A stretch of DNA of 64,000 nt from a virus: IMG/VR virus record IMGVR_UViG_3300010366_000011, positions 29,038 to 93,037 of that record. One strand, written 5' to 3'. Of this stretch, positions 19,195-29,199 are shown in pieces. The notes beneath the pieces are model-generated. The model had not been told where the DNA came from. It ran no database searches and was given only the letters and a program-made list of their open reading frames with translations. The translations under genes were made by a program, and so were the position numbers. Each line of letters opens with the position of its first letter. The stretch's first letter is position 1.

Positions 19195-21561
19195 TTAGGT
19201 GGTGGCCGGCCTGTCCAGCGCCGCTGCCCTCGCGAGCTCGTCGGTGGCGAGGCCGCGGAAGCCCTGGGCCATCGTCGGATCCGACATCGAGGCCGCCTGG
19301 TCCATGTAGTAGGCGGCCTTCTCGCGGTGGGCGTCGGCCGGGGAGGACTGCGCCGGTCCGTTGGTGGAGATCCCCGCCCGGCGTGGCGTCGGGGGGACTG
19401 GTGCCTTGGCGATACGCTCCACCGTCTCTTCCACCTTTGCCATCCTCCCGCCCAGGGCCTCGATGCCCTCGAGCGGCTTCATGGCCGTGGCAAGTTCCTT
19501 GTGGAGTGTTGCTGCGAAATCGCTGGGGTCGAACCCCTGTTGAGGGGCCTTCACGACGATCGGCGGGTTGAGCGCCTGCGCAAGCCCTTCAGCGAGCTGG
19601 CGCTGAGTCTCCTGTATCCCCGTCAGAACTTTCACCAGGTCCGGCTCGGCGCCGTAGTACATCGGGCGGCCGTTGGTGAGCGGCCCTTCGAGCTCCCCCT
19701 CGGAGATTTCGCCCTGGAGATAGGACCGCAGCCCGGACACAGCCTGTAGGAGGCAGTAGAGCGACCAGTACTCATCGTCGCCATCCGCCAGTTCATCGGC
19801 CTCCTGCTGGATCAGGGTGGCGAGGCCCCGGCACGCCTGCGCGTAGGCGTCGTGGTGATCCTGATCTCCGTCCCAGCCCGTCCCGCCCCCGTCGATACCG
19901 TCGTCCTGCTTGGTCAGGAGCCGGTCGGCGTGAAGCAATCGCCGCGCCAACTTGAGGAGTTCGGAGGCCGCCACCTTCCCGTCATCGGAGACCTCAACGC
20001 CGAACTTCTTCGCCGCGGTCTTAATCCTTGAGAGCGCACTAGCCTTGTCGTCGGCAGAGAGACCCTTGGTCTGGGGAAGCCGGGCAAGAGCGTTGCGGAC
20101 ATGGGCGGCAGCATGGATCGGCAGCATCCGCAGATCACGAGGGACCGTCTTGCCCTGGTCGTCTTTCGTGCCTCCGTCCTTGATGAAGGCGAACGCGGAG
20201 TCTGGGAGATCGTTGATCTCCGCTGTTGAAGCCTCACCCTTGTGGAGTTCGGCTCCGAGCGCTTTCCCCAGCGACGCGCGGCAGATGGCAATGGAGCGTG
20301 ACTTGCGGGCTTTATCGTCGGGGTAGCGGGCCTTCATGTCATCGGAGTCATAGAGGTCCGTGATGCAGCGCTCAAGCTTGGGGTCGTCGGGGACATCCTT
20401 CGTCAGCACGTCCGCGAGTGCCTTCTCCAGGTCGGCTCCGCTCATCTTCTTGTCGCCGTTGCCGAAGGATCGGTGGTGCATGCCGGCGTCGCGCTTCTCC
20501 CCGCACGAGTCGCATTTGCCATCCCCATCGTCGTCCACGAAGGCGTGGGGATCGGACGGATCTTTCTTGGCCTGCTTCTCCACACCCGACATAGCCTTGG
20601 CCACAGCAGCGTCCACCGCTATCTGCAAAGCCTCGAGCGTGAGCGTCACGGGGGCACCGGCGGTCGCCTGGGGTACCTGGGCTGCCTGCTTCTCCATCTT
20701 CGCCACCGTGGCCTGGTGCAGTGCTTCGGGTGCTTGGGGACCGGCGTCGAAGGTGGGTGCCAGCAACGTCTGGGCCGCTGCCTTGGCAGCGGCGTCATCT
20801 CCCCCGTCTTCGGCCCCGCTGTCCTCAACCCGGGGCGGGTCCTTCGGGTCGTGAGCGTGCTCGTGCGGAGTCCCGTCGCCGTGGTCGAAGTGCCCATCGA
20901 GCGGAGAGTGCGGATGCGCGTGAGAGTGGGCCCCGTCCTCGTGGACGTGCATGTGGGTGTGGCCGGCCGAGGTCGAGACCTTGACGAGCTCCCCGTCGGC
21001 CTGACGCAGTAGCTCCTCAGTCCGCACCAGGCCTTTGTCGGCCACAGGCGTAATGCCGGGTGGCAGGGTGATGCTGGGGTCCTTCTCGGCCGACTTCGCC
21101 AACGTGAGCACGCAGGTGGGGTTCGCTGGCCGGTCGACCAGGCTGATCTCGATGATCTGGCCCCCCACGATCCTGCCGTTCGGGGCTCTGGCATCCTTGC
21201 GAATCCGGGGGTTCTTGATCCCCACGCTGTAGCCGGTCAGCACGTCTTCGTCCACTAGGCGCTGCGCGTCGGAGTCGACCACCTTGGACATGAGCCAGTG
21301 CCCGTCGCTTTTCACCTCGTGCTCGGTACCCTTGCCAACCGGACGGTGCATGTCATGGGAGAGCCGAACATTAGCTCCCGAGTCGAACCACTCCGGGACC
21401 GCTCCGGCGAGCCAGTCGGGGTCAAGGATCTGGGCATCCAAGTCCAGGTCGTCGCCCGCCGCCTTGCCATAGACGAGCAGATTGCCAGCGTCGTCCCTGC
21501 GCTTGTCGAGGACGTCCCCGAAGTAGACGTACGTGAGATCCGGCGCGGAGCGAGCGGGCAT
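19195..21561 (-). CDS. Capsid maturation protease / scaffold fusion
   Basis: HK97-type protease motifs (DLDLDAQI, NVRLSH, GYSVG, EISLVDRPANP) plus a long multi-domain C-terminus. Confidence 0.85.
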   Translation of the reverse strand: MPARSAPDLTYVYFGDVLDKRRDDAGNLLVYGKAAGDDLDLDAQILDPDWLAGAVPEWFDSGANVRLSHDMHRPVGKGTEHEVKSDGHWLMSKVVDSDAQRLVDEDVLTGYSVGIKNPRIRKDARAPNGRIVGGQIIEISLVDRPANPTCVLTLAKSAEKDPSITLPPGITPVADKGLVRTEELLRQADGELVKVSTSAGHTHMHVHEDGAHSHAHPHSPLDGHFDHGDGTPHEHAHDPKDPPRVEDSGAEDGGDDAAAKAAAQTLLAPTFDAGPQAPEALHQATVAKMEKQAAQVPQATAGAPVTLTLEALQIAVDAAVAKAMSGVEKQAKKDPSDPHAFVDDDGDGKCDSCGEKRDAGMHHRSFGNGDKKMSGADLEKALADVLTKDVPDDPKLERCITDLYDSDDMKARYPDDKARKSRSIAICRASLGKALGAELHKGEASTAEINDLPDSAFAFIKDGGTKDDQGKTVPRDLRMLPIHAAAHVRNALARLPQTKGLSADDKASALSRIKTAAKKFGVEVSDDGKVAASELLKLARRLLHADRLLTKQDDGIDGGGTGWDGDQDHHDAYAQACRGLATLIQQEADELADGDDEYWSLYCLLQAVSGLRSYLQGEISEGELEGPLTNGRPMYYGAEPDLVKVLTGIQETQRQLAEGLAQALNPPIVVKAPQQGFDPSDFAATLHKELATAMKPLEGIEALGGRMAKVEETVERIAKAPVPPTPRRAGISTNGPAQSSPADAHREKAAYYMDQAASMSDPTMAQGFRGLATDELARAAALDRPATT

Positions 21562-21639
21562 TGGGGGCCTCCTTCGATGATGGATGAACGCAGGTTCCGG
21601 CTGCGGTGGGAGAGAATGGAGGTACAGAAAGGGGGCTCA

Positions 21640-21792
21640 ATGGACCAGTGCAAGGTCTCCGGTTGCACCGAGGAAGCGGTCCCGGAATGCGTCCTCAGGT
21701 TCCAGATGGTGGACACCGAGACCGTGGTCTACGACGACGACACCCGGCTCCATGAGGCGACGGTTTGCCGGTACCACAAGGGCGGCCAGTGA
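21640..21792 (+). CDS. Small Cys-containing hypothetical protein
   Basis: MDQCKVSGC...VCRYH; AAAGGGGG SD; first gene of an antisense cassette. Confidence 0.5.
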   Translation: MDQCKVSGCTEEAVPECVLRFQMVDTETVVYDDDTRLHEATVCRYHKGGQ

Positions 21793-21992
21793 AGTCCAAG
21801 CGAATTGGGTCCTGGTACACCATTGCTCTTTGGGCCTTCATAGTCCTGGCGTTGGGAGCGTGGACGAACATCCTCGACGGGTACTTCGCTCCGGACCGAC
21901 TCGTGCATCCCCTCTCACTGCTCAACTGGGTGGACGCCGCATTCTTCTCGGCCGGAGTCGTGACTTTGTGGTGGGCAAGGAGGTCCGAATGA
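21789..21992 (+). CDS. Small membrane protein
   Basis: Two hydrophobic helices; GTGA coupling. Confidence 0.55.
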   Translation: MKSKRIGSWYTIALWAFIVLALGAWTNILDGYFAPDRLVHPLSLLNWVDAAFFSAGVVTLWWARRSE

Positions 21993-22153
21993 GCATGGGA
22001 CTCATGGAACACATCACTGAGCACTTCAGCGAGTCGGGATTATGTCAATGCCCATGTGACGAATGCACGCTGCCACTGAGTCAGTTCTGCATCTGCCTAG
22101 ACTGCCCCTGCGAGAGCGACGCGGATCACGGCGCGGTGGTTCCCGATGCCTAG
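21989..22153 (+). CDS. Small Cys-rich (metallothionein-like) protein
   Basis: LCQCPCDECTLPLSQFCICLDCPC; AGGAGG SD; ATGA coupling. Confidence 0.55.
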   Translation: MSMGLMEHITEHFSESGLCQCPCDECTLPLSQFCICLDCPCESDADHGAVVPDA

Positions 22154-22442
22154 CCGGTCCTGCCCCCACATATGGGAGCCCGTACCGCAACCTCCGTACC
22201 TGACGGTTCAGGGGATCGACGCCCGGTGCTCTCTCTGCGGTGCCCGGGTCATCGCCACACCGCATGTGGTCACCTACGTACCGGGGGACCCCCACGTGAT
22301 CACCTACATTGAGACACCGTGGCACCCGGACATCGAGGTCCTACCGGACGGTCGCCGAGCTGTTCCCCTTAGGCCGGGCGTGGACATCAGAGCGGCGATC
22401 AGGGAAGCTTCTCGGATCTTGGGCGAACGTCCGGATGCCTGA
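22146..22442 (+). CDS. Hypothetical protein
   Basis: CPH..CSLC; overlaps its neighbours. Confidence 0.5.
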   Translation: MPSRSCPHIWEPVPQPPYLTVQGIDARCSLCGARVIATPHVVTYVPGDPHVITYIETPWHPDIEVLPDGRRAVPLRPGVDIRAAIREASRILGERPDA

Positions 22443-22635
22443 GCCCACACCCGCTCCCGTGGAGCCCGGCTGGTACGTCATCGTCCCCGAGTCCGGCACA
22501 TCCATGCCGAAGGTAGCTCTGGTCTTCGAGCAGCACGGCCACCTGATGGTGCGGGCCGAGTCGCTCGGGGATCGCGACCTCGACTCCCGGGGCCTGTATC
22601 AGGGCTGGCGCTGGGGGCCACGGATCCCGCTGTGA
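22435..22635 (+). CDS. Hypothetical protein
   Basis: MPEPTPAPVEPGWY...WRWGPRIPL. Confidence 0.5.
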   Translation: MPEPTPAPVEPGWYVIVPESGTSMPKVALVFEQHGHLMVRAESLGDRDLDSRGLYQGWRWGPRIPL

Positions 22636-22842
22636 ACCTGCCGGCGGTCTGCAGTTGCGGCTGGCCCGTCTCATTCGACGTCTGGGCACCTGACTTCGGC
22701 CAAGGTCCGTGGTCGGACCTCCGCCGTCAGTGCCCACTGTGCCAGCGATGGCTCAGGCTTCGGTGCCTATTCTCTCCGGCCGGTACGTTCACACTTGCTG
22801 TGGTGCTGCCGGCCGGAGTCCTTCGGGGCTTCGGGCACCTGA

Positions 22843-25551
22843 CTACGCCTCCGCCATCGCTTCTTCGCTGGCAGGCGTCGAGTCGTCAGGTGCCGGGGGA
22901 TTGGCCATCTCGGCCGATGCCAGAGCACAGCGGCAACCGGGGTGGACCGGCGGGTCTCCGTTGGGGAAGTCGTCGTCTATGGAGATGACCCCGGTGTCCT
23001 CGTTCTCCTGACACTCCGGACAGACCAGATCGTCGTCCGCCGCCAGGAACCGCTGCGCCTCGATCCCGCTGGCGGCGTACTCGTCTTGTGTGGCCACCGT
23101 CACCGCCCTGGCCGTCTCCGTGGTGGCGATCAACTCCGCCCGGGCTGGGTCATCCAGCAGGCCCCGGATGGCGTCGGCTACCACCGACATGGGATCTCCG
23201 TTGTCGATGCCGTCGGCCAGGGCCTGCGCCAGGTCGTCAAGGCGGTTGTCGGCAATGGAGCGGATGTCCACAGCGGCGTCCGAGAGCATCCCGGCCAAGC
23301 CCCGAGACCCGTCACCTCCGAGCAGAGCCGCCTGAGCTCGCCAGTTGGTCAGCGTGTCTTCCGGTACCGCGTCGTCGCCGGCAAGGGCCGCCTGGGCACC
23401 TGCCGAGCCCGTCACGTACGCCTCCGACCGCAAGTCAACCATCAGCTCTACCCGGCGCGCCTCCGGCGTGAGGTTGGCAGAGAGGACGGTCTTGGCGTGC
23501 GCCCTGTTCGAGGGGTCCGCCGCCTTGCCCACCTGATTGGCGTAGGCCCGGACCGCTCCGGGGATGTCACGGACCAGGTTGCGGAATGCCGTACGAACCT
23601 TCGTGGTGTACTTCCGGGCGACGGCATCACGTGCCGAGTGTAGCGGGCGCATCCTGCCCCGCTCCGAGGCTAAAGGGTCCTGGCTTACTCCCTTCACTGC
23701 GGCCATCGTGGCGAGGCGGGTGGCGTCCATGTCAAAGCTGGCTCCGATGTCATTCAGAATGCCGCCGACCTTCATCAGTGGGGACCCGAACTCGAATGGC
23801 CTCCATGTCCCGAGCTTGGCCCGCTTCGCCGCGAAGGTCAGGAATTTCTTCGCCTCCTCATCGGCGCTCGGAGCCCCTGGTGCTACCAGAGGCGTGGTCG
23901 GGGTCGGGGATGGCGCAGGCGACTGCGACCCTGGCTGAGGTGGCTTGGTGTCGGGAGGCACGCCAGGTGGTGTCGCATCCGGGAGCGCCGTCATGGACCC
24001 CCGGAGAGGCTGGATGGTGGCGCCGGCCACGATCATCGGCTCGTTGGCCTCCGGGATGTCGTCGAACACAGGTAGGCCCCGCTCAGCCCGGCGCTCGTTC
24101 ACCGTCCACACGCCGTCGCGCTGCTCGGTGGAACGGGTCTTGGCGATGGCGTCCTCGTCCTCGTCCTCGATGCCCTCGAACTGGAAGGTGAGCAGGGGGT
24201 CCATGCCCACGTAGCGGATAGCGAGGTGGTTGATCCAACCTGTCATCCACAGGAGATAGGGGCGGATACCGCGGCGGTAGAGCGTGTCCTCCATCGACTC
24301 GGAGAAACCCTTGCCCCCCAGTCCTCCACGGGACGGCTCGAAGCCAAGCTCAATAGGCAGCAAGTCGAAGTAAAGGCAAATGAGCTTTATCAGGAACTCG
24401 TCAAAGAGGGGCGTGTACTTCTCCCCGAACTGGGGCATCGCGTCCGGCTTCATGCCCCGCGGTAGGATCCGGAGCCGGTGGCGCTCGGCTGTGTTGCCGG
24501 AGAGAAGCTCGTTGAGGATGGTCTCCCACTGCAAGGCCAGCTCCGGTGGCCAGTCGGCGTCGACCAGGATCCACGCCTCCGGTTGCACCCCGGAGTTGTA
24601 CTCGGCCCTGATCCACTCCTGGCGCTTCAGCCAGAGGTCCAGATCCGAGAGTACCTGCTCAACAGGGCCGAACCCATAAGGTGTATCATTTCTCACTAAC
24701 TTAGGGAAGTAGCCCATCTCGTCGGCTGCAAACTGCCCGTCGGCTCCGCCGCTGTCCTGGTATTCGCCTCTGGGGAAGCCGTAGATGAACTGTTGGTACG
24801 CCGGTGCGGGTGCCTGCGGGCGATTACCACTCACGTCGAGCAACGGCTTGATTGTGGACCCGTCCACGCTCATCAATGAGTGCAAACCACCGTCCATGGT
24901 CCGCCACGGGTAGACGGTACAGGCATCGAAACGGAAGTGATCCTCAATGCACATCGATAGCCAGTCGGCGAACTGGAGGCCGCGGAGCCGGTCCGGCCAC
25001 TGGAACCACCGGGTTACCCGGTCCACGTCGTCGGCGAGGTCAGTGGCGAGCTTCTGGCGGACGGCCCGCTGGTCCCCGTTGGCTTGCGCCATGGCGATCC
25101 GCCGGACTGCCACCTGGTTCGGGACGATGGCCCAGTCCAGATAGGCCAGCTCCTGCTTGCGGATCTCGATCGCCCGCCGGATGATGCCGATGTCCGACGC
25201 CTGGCGCAGCACCCGCCACGGCACCGCCTGCGTCCCGACGCCCGGAAGGTTCCACGAGGGCGGGTACTCGCTGCGCCGAGGGTACGGGTGCCCATCGGGC
25301 GACGGCGGTGAGATGGGCGCCGGGATGACCGGGACGCCGGGGCCGAAGGCGTACTGCTGGCCGAAGTTGTCCCCTCGTGGCAGCGCCGCTGAGCCATCCG
25401 GCCTGGTGTGCAGGCCCGTGCCCATCTGCCCGCTTCCGACCGCGGCGAGCTGGCCCGGTGAGTACTCGGCCACCTGAGAACCGGGCGGCAGAGTCAGACC
25501 CGCTTTCACCATGCGCTCGACCGTGGAACCGTCCAAGACGATGCGGCTCAC
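22843..25551 (-). CDS. Portal protein fused to a MuF/gp7-like head morphogenesis domain
   Basis: Portal motifs (VDGSTIKP, YGFGPVEQ, WTVNERRAERGLP) plus C-terminal RAELIATTETARA...CPECQEN...PPVHPGCRC. Confidence 0.9.
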   Translation of the reverse strand: MSRIVLDGSTVERMVKAGLTLPPGSQVAEYSPGQLAAVGSGQMGTGLHTRPDGSAALPRGDNFGQQYAFGPGVPVIPAPISPPSPDGHPYPRRSEYPPSWNLPGVGTQAVPWRVLRQASDIGIIRRAIEIRKQELAYLDWAIVPNQVAVRRIAMAQANGDQRAVRQKLATDLADDVDRVTRWFQWPDRLRGLQFADWLSMCIEDHFRFDACTVYPWRTMDGGLHSLMSVDGSTIKPLLDVSGNRPQAPAPAYQQFIYGFPRGEYQDSGGADGQFAADEMGYFPKLVRNDTPYGFGPVEQVLSDLDLWLKRQEWIRAEYNSGVQPEAWILVDADWPPELALQWETILNELLSGNTAERHRLRILPRGMKPDAMPQFGEKYTPLFDEFLIKLICLYFDLLPIELGFEPSRGGLGGKGFSESMEDTLYRRGIRPYLLWMTGWINHLAIRYVGMDPLLTFQFEGIEDEDEDAIAKTRSTEQRDGVWTVNERRAERGLPVFDDIPEANEPMIVAGATIQPLRGSMTALPDATPPGVPPDTKPPQPGSQSPAPSPTPTTPLVAPGAPSADEEAKKFLTFAAKRAKLGTWRPFEFGSPLMKVGGILNDIGASFDMDATRLATMAAVKGVSQDPLASERGRMRPLHSARDAVARKYTTKVRTAFRNLVRDIPGAVRAYANQVGKAADPSNRAHAKTVLSANLTPEARRVELMVDLRSEAYVTGSAGAQAALAGDDAVPEDTLTNWRAQAALLGGDGSRGLAGMLSDAAVDIRSIADNRLDDLAQALADGIDNGDPMSVVADAIRGLLDDPARAELIATTETARAVTVATQDEYAASGIEAQRFLAADDDLVCPECQENEDTGVISIDDDFPNGDPPVHPGCRCALASAEMANPPAPDDSTPASEEAMAEA

Positions 25552-25560
25552 GCTTTGGTC

Positions 25561-25869
25561 TCACCTGCCCATGCGTTGGCGGACTGAGAAGCCCGGCAGG
25601 CCCAGTCCAAAATCTGGCTCGGCCGAGCGGGGACGGACAGGAATGCGTAGCTCAGTGGCGTCCGGGGAGATCGTCAGCTCGTCGGCAAGTAGCCCGACGG
25701 TTGGCACACCCATAAAGGTGAACGACTCCTCGCATAGCTTGCACCAGATTCGGACCGTCGCCGCAAACCCACGCGGCTCGTCATCCTCGTCATCGGAGAG
25801 CAACCGATTGACCTCGACCTGAGCAACGAAGTCCTCGTGGCGGCACGGACGGTCGGGGTCGAATGTCAT
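25561..25869 (-). CDS. Hypothetical protein
   Basis: CRHEDFVAQVEVNRL...CKLC; ATGA coupling. Confidence 0.6.
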   Translation of the reverse strand: MTFDPDRPCRHEDFVAQVEVNRLLSDDEDDEPRGFAATVRIWCKLCEESFTFMGVPTVGLLADELTISPDATELRIPVRPRSAEPDFGLGLPGFSVRQRMGR

Positions 25870-26372
25870 CGGCGGGCGATCTCCTCTCGCAGGGCATCGA
25901 TGTGCTCGAGTACAGTAGTGATCCCGCCCTGGGTGTGTTCGTCCAGCCGGTCGAGCACCTGTTCCACGTCCTCAAAGGTCTTGGCCGCCCTGGCGTCGGC
26001 AGCCTCGTTCTGGAGGTTCTGACCCACCATGAGAGCGGGCAGCAACACGAGCTGGATGAAGTTCTGGCTCACCCACGTGATGACCAGGATGAACCCGCCC
26101 GCGGCGAGGAACCCTATGCTCGGGGGGATCACCTTGGCCGCGACCAGCGTGGCCGGCAGGGCGCAGAACGACAGCAGGCAGAAGATCCAGAAGGTTGTCA
26201 TAGTTCCGACATGCGTCGTCAGAGCCAGAGCCAGCCGCTTGTTGAAACGCTGGTAGGGCGTCTCGGCGGGTAGGTGGTCCACAACCCTGCCGTGGACAGC
26301 ATGACCCAGACGCGTCCAGCCATGTGCCGGCCTGAGGCTCACGGTCTGCTCGGCCAACGCTTCTTCGCTCAC
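25866..26372 (-). CDS. DUF1003-like membrane protein
   Basis: FNKRLALALTTHVGTM...WVSQNFIQLVLLPALMVGQN...DARA. Confidence 0.65.
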   Translation of the reverse strand: MSEEALAEQTVSLRPAHGWTRLGHAVHGRVVDHLPAETPYQRFNKRLALALTTHVGTMTTFWIFCLLSFCALPATLVAAKVIPPSIGFLAAGGFILVITWVSQNFIQLVLLPALMVGQNLQNEAADARAAKTFEDVEQVLDRLDEHTQGGITTVLEHIDALREEIARR

Positions 26373-26716
26373 CCGGCCAGCTTCTCCCGGAGCAGGTAGC
26401 CCTCGAGCTGCCACACCTGACGAACAGCGTGCTCGTAGGCCAGGTCCCGGCCCAGATCAGCATTGAAGTTCTCCGGCGACGCTGGGGCCGAGAGACCGAT
26501 CACCACAAAGCCGTTCCTCATCACCAGCATGCAGACAGTCACGACCTCAAGCCCGTCCGGGATCACGTGGCTTCCGGTGGCGGAGCCGTCGGCCAAGCCG
26601 GCCGCGGTGATGAAGTACCGGTGGGCGATCCTCTTCTCGATGTCGGCCAGCGACACCCTGGGCGCCACGGCGACGGCTGCCGCAACCGCGTCGTCCTCCT
26701 CGAGCCCGTTGCTCAC
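26369..26716 (-). CDS. Gp49-like phage protein
   Basis: APRVSLADIE...TVCMLVMRNGFVVIGLSAPASPENFNADLGR...VWQLEGYLL. Confidence 0.8.
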   Translation of the reverse strand: MSNGLEEDDAVAAAVAVAPRVSLADIEKRIAHRYFITAAGLADGSATGSHVIPDGLEVVTVCMLVMRNGFVVIGLSAPASPENFNADLGRDLAYEHAVRQVWQLEGYLLREKLAG

Positions 26717-27015
26717 CCTTCCGCTCCTTCCGTGGGTGGCCAGCCCTTCAGCCGTACCACCTTGCCCGTGGGCGGGACGCCAGCCGAGCGCCTCTGTTCC
26801 CTGATCCGCCGGCGCCTGGAGTCCCGGTTGCCTGCCTGAGCCTCTGCCGCATCCAGCGCGCCCCGCAGCGCCTCCACCGTCTCTGCTGCCATCTCGCAGG
26901 CGCGCATGTAATTGGCAAGCTGCTCCCTGAGTGCGTTGTTCTCCGCCTCAAGCCTTCGGCACTCGGAGCACCCCACCACCGGGACCGGAACCGCAAGATC
27001 GGGAACGTGGCTCAT
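26713..27015 (-). CDS. Hypothetical coiled-coil protein
   Basis: CSECRRLEAENNALREQL; coupled starts and stops. Confidence 0.5.
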   Translation of the reverse strand: MSHVPDLAVPVPVVGCSECRRLEAENNALREQLANYMRACEMAAETVEALRGALDAAEAQAGNRDSRRRRIREQRRSAGVPPTGKVVRLKGWPPTEGAEG

Positions 27016-27176
27016 CCGCGCCGGCCGGCCGCCGCACCACAAAGGTGCCGGTGCTGCTTGTCGGGATGCTGCAGGTCCCGCTTCACCTGCTTGGGCGTGG
27101 GGCGTCCCTTCCTCTCGCCGGGCCGGCACCGGTCGGGGACCGGAGTCGTTGCCATCCGATGCCCCAGACGCTTCAT
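27012..27176 (-). CDS. Small basic hypothetical protein
   Basis: AGGAGGAG SD; ATGA coupling with TerL. Confidence 0.4.
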   Translation of the reverse strand: MKRLGHRMATTPVPDRCRPGERKGRPTPKQVKRDLQHPDKQHRHLCGAAAGRRG

Positions 27177-28708
27177 GGCACTCCTCCTGCTGGATTCGGC
27201 GTGGATCGGTCCTCGATCGGCTTGCCGCACCACCGGCAGACACGAGCGCCGGCGATGTTCGGCTTCTCACAGTGCGGACACGGCGGGGCGGCAGATCGCA
27301 TCCAGCCCTCCGTGGATGTCGGCACCAACACCGAGTAGGCACCCGAGCCGCCGTCGACCTGGTCGTCATGGGCCCCATGAGGGAAAACGTCATACTCCGC
27401 CAAGCAGTCCTCGTTCCAGGGCGCCTCAAGCATCTTGACATTACCCGCCTGCCACTGGGACGCAAGCGGATCCGCCCGCAGCACCTTGTCACCGCTGGAG
27501 GTCCGCCAGTTTACCGAGAAACCACCGAGCAGAGGCACCAGCGTCCCCGTGATGTAGAGCTCCCCCTCCGAACCTGGCTCCTGTTCGATCCAGACGGGGC
27601 ACTCCCGGCCGTCCTGGATGGCCGTGTGACGCATCCGCTCCTGAAGGTCTTTGGCCCGCCACCGGCCCCGCCGGACATCGGCGATGAAAAGCTGGCCGTT
27701 CGGCGCCCGGCCGAGCTTGAACCCCACCGTCCAGTCCGGGTCCGACTTCTCCCGCTTCTTGCCGGCAGCCAGATCCCACCACCGGACGAAGCGACAGTCG
27801 GCCGGCAGCGCCGAGACGATCTCCACCGTCTCCCGGGGGAACATGCCGCCCTTGCGCGGCGAGGGCCGGCCCTGGTACTGCGCTGCGAACCAGTACGCTC
27901 CGCCCGGGGAGTCCCGGAGCTGGATCAGGTAGACCTTTTCGAACATCTCGACCCACAGGGGCTCGCCCTCGTCCCTGCCAAGCGGGTCATTCTCCTCGGC
28001 CAGCGCCGGGAGACGGACCTCGGAGAAACCGGCCTTGCGGATCAACTGGCCGCCGATGTCCTGCTCGTCCCATCGGGTCATGATAACCAGAACGGACGAT
28101 ATCTTGTGGAGCCGGGTCCGGCCGACGGCCAGCCACCAGTCCCAGTGCTTCCTCTGGACTACCTCTGACTGCGCCTCTTCGGCATTCTTGACCGGATCAT
28201 CGATGATCAGCAGGTCGGCAGGCTTTCCGGTGACCGGGCCCCCGATGCCCGCCGTCCGCATAGCCCCCCGGCGGCCAGTGATCTGCCAGCGGTTGGCGGC
28301 GGAGGAGTCCGACCGGACGGACACGCCAAACACCGAGGGGCCGAATTCCTCGAGCACGTCGCGGGCCTTGCGACCCCACTCCGAGGCGAAGTCGGCTTCG
28401 TAGCTGGCCAGGATGACGCTGCGGTCGGGAAATCGTCCGAGATACCACGCTGGCCCGAAATGGGAGCATAGCGAGGACTTCCCATGCTGAGGCGGTACCG
28501 TCACCACCGCCCGGACCGGTTCGAAGGCCGCCCGGACGATCAGGTGGTTGACAAACTCAAGATGTGGGGCCGGCCTCCACCAACCTCGGCTTGCCAGGAT
28601 CGCCAGGGCCGCCGGGCTCGTCCTCGCCGCTGCTATCTGAGCTTCGTGCAGCGAGAGCGAGGAAGCGGACTCCGGCGTCCACGACGCGCGGGTCGTTCGT
28701 TGGCTCAA
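27173..28708 (-). CDS. terL: Terminase large subunit
   Basis: Walker A PPQHGKS, Walker B LLIIDDP, IMTRW, nuclease WDLA...HDDQVD; start uncertain. Confidence 0.93.
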   Translation of the reverse strand: MSQRTTRASWTPESASSLSLHEAQIAAARTSPAALAILASRGWWRPAPHLEFVNHLIVRAAFEPVRAVVTVPPQHGKSSLCSHFGPAWYLGRFPDRSVILASYEADFASEWGRKARDVLEEFGPSVFGVSVRSDSSAANRWQITGRRGAMRTAGIGGPVTGKPADLLIIDDPVKNAEEAQSEVVQRKHWDWWLAVGRTRLHKISSVLVIMTRWDEQDIGGQLIRKAGFSEVRLPALAEENDPLGRDEGEPLWVEMFEKVYLIQLRDSPGGAYWFAAQYQGRPSPRKGGMFPRETVEIVSALPADCRFVRWWDLAAGKKREKSDPDWTVGFKLGRAPNGQLFIADVRRGRWRAKDLQERMRHTAIQDGRECPVWIEQEPGSEGELYITGTLVPLLGGFSVNWRTSSGDKVLRADPLASQWQAGNVKMLEAPWNEDCLAEYDVFPHGAHDDQVDGGSGAYSVLVPTSTEGWMRSAAPPCPHCEKPNIAGARVCRWCGKPIEDRSTPNPAGGVP

Positions 28709-29057
28709 ACGTCATCGCCTGCCGCACGTCCGCCGAGACGTCCAAATGGTCACGCCGGGCCCACCGGTCGGGGAAGCGCCGTGCCAGAAACTCAGCCGCA
28801 GCTCGCCAGTCCTCCGGGATGGCCTGCTGCCACTGGGCCACCATCCTGACCTCAGCTCGGGCTTCCGCTTCGCGAATAGCGTCGCGAAAGGCTCGATACT
28901 GACCAGTGCGTTCCCGCTCTCCGCGCTCCATCCAGCGCCAGAAGGTGGCTCGGGAAATACCGGCGTACCCGGCCGCTGCCTCAAGGTAGTTTCCGCTGCC
29001 GACCGCCGTCGCAATCCGCTCCCGGACAGCGTCGGTGAGCTTGGATGGTCTTCCCAT
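28557..29057 (-). CDS. terS: Terminase small subunit
   Basis: MGRPSKLT HTH...DWRAAAEFLARRFPDRW; directly upstream of TerL. Confidence 0.8.
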   Translation of the reverse strand: MGRPSKLTDAVRERIATAVGSGNYLEAAAGYAGISRATFWRWMERGERERTGQYRAFRDAIREAEARAEVRMVAQWQQAIPEDWRAAAEFLARRFPDRWARRDHLDVSADVRQAMTFEPTNDPRVVDAGVRFLALAARSSDSSGEDEPGGPGDPGKPRLVEAGPTS

Positions 29058-29199
29058 GGATGCTCCCGAGAGTCAGTGGGGGCAGGAGTATATTTCACGC
29101 CCTGCTGGCCAATGTCAACACCTGGCCCTTTACCTGCGAGGATGCAACACCGAGCTTGGGCGCAATCACCCCACCACCTCGGATGCCGAAGTGGCATGC

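Noticed and set aside
17595-19571. Long antisense ORFs (also e.g. 58111-59919, 26912-28168, 2080-3090)
   Set aside because: Shadow frames of real genes in high-GC DNA, with no recognisable motifs.
28557-28708. Programmed terS-terL frameshift fusion
   Set aside because: The ~150-nt overlap is real, but I found no convincing slippery site; an uncertain terL start explains it equally well.
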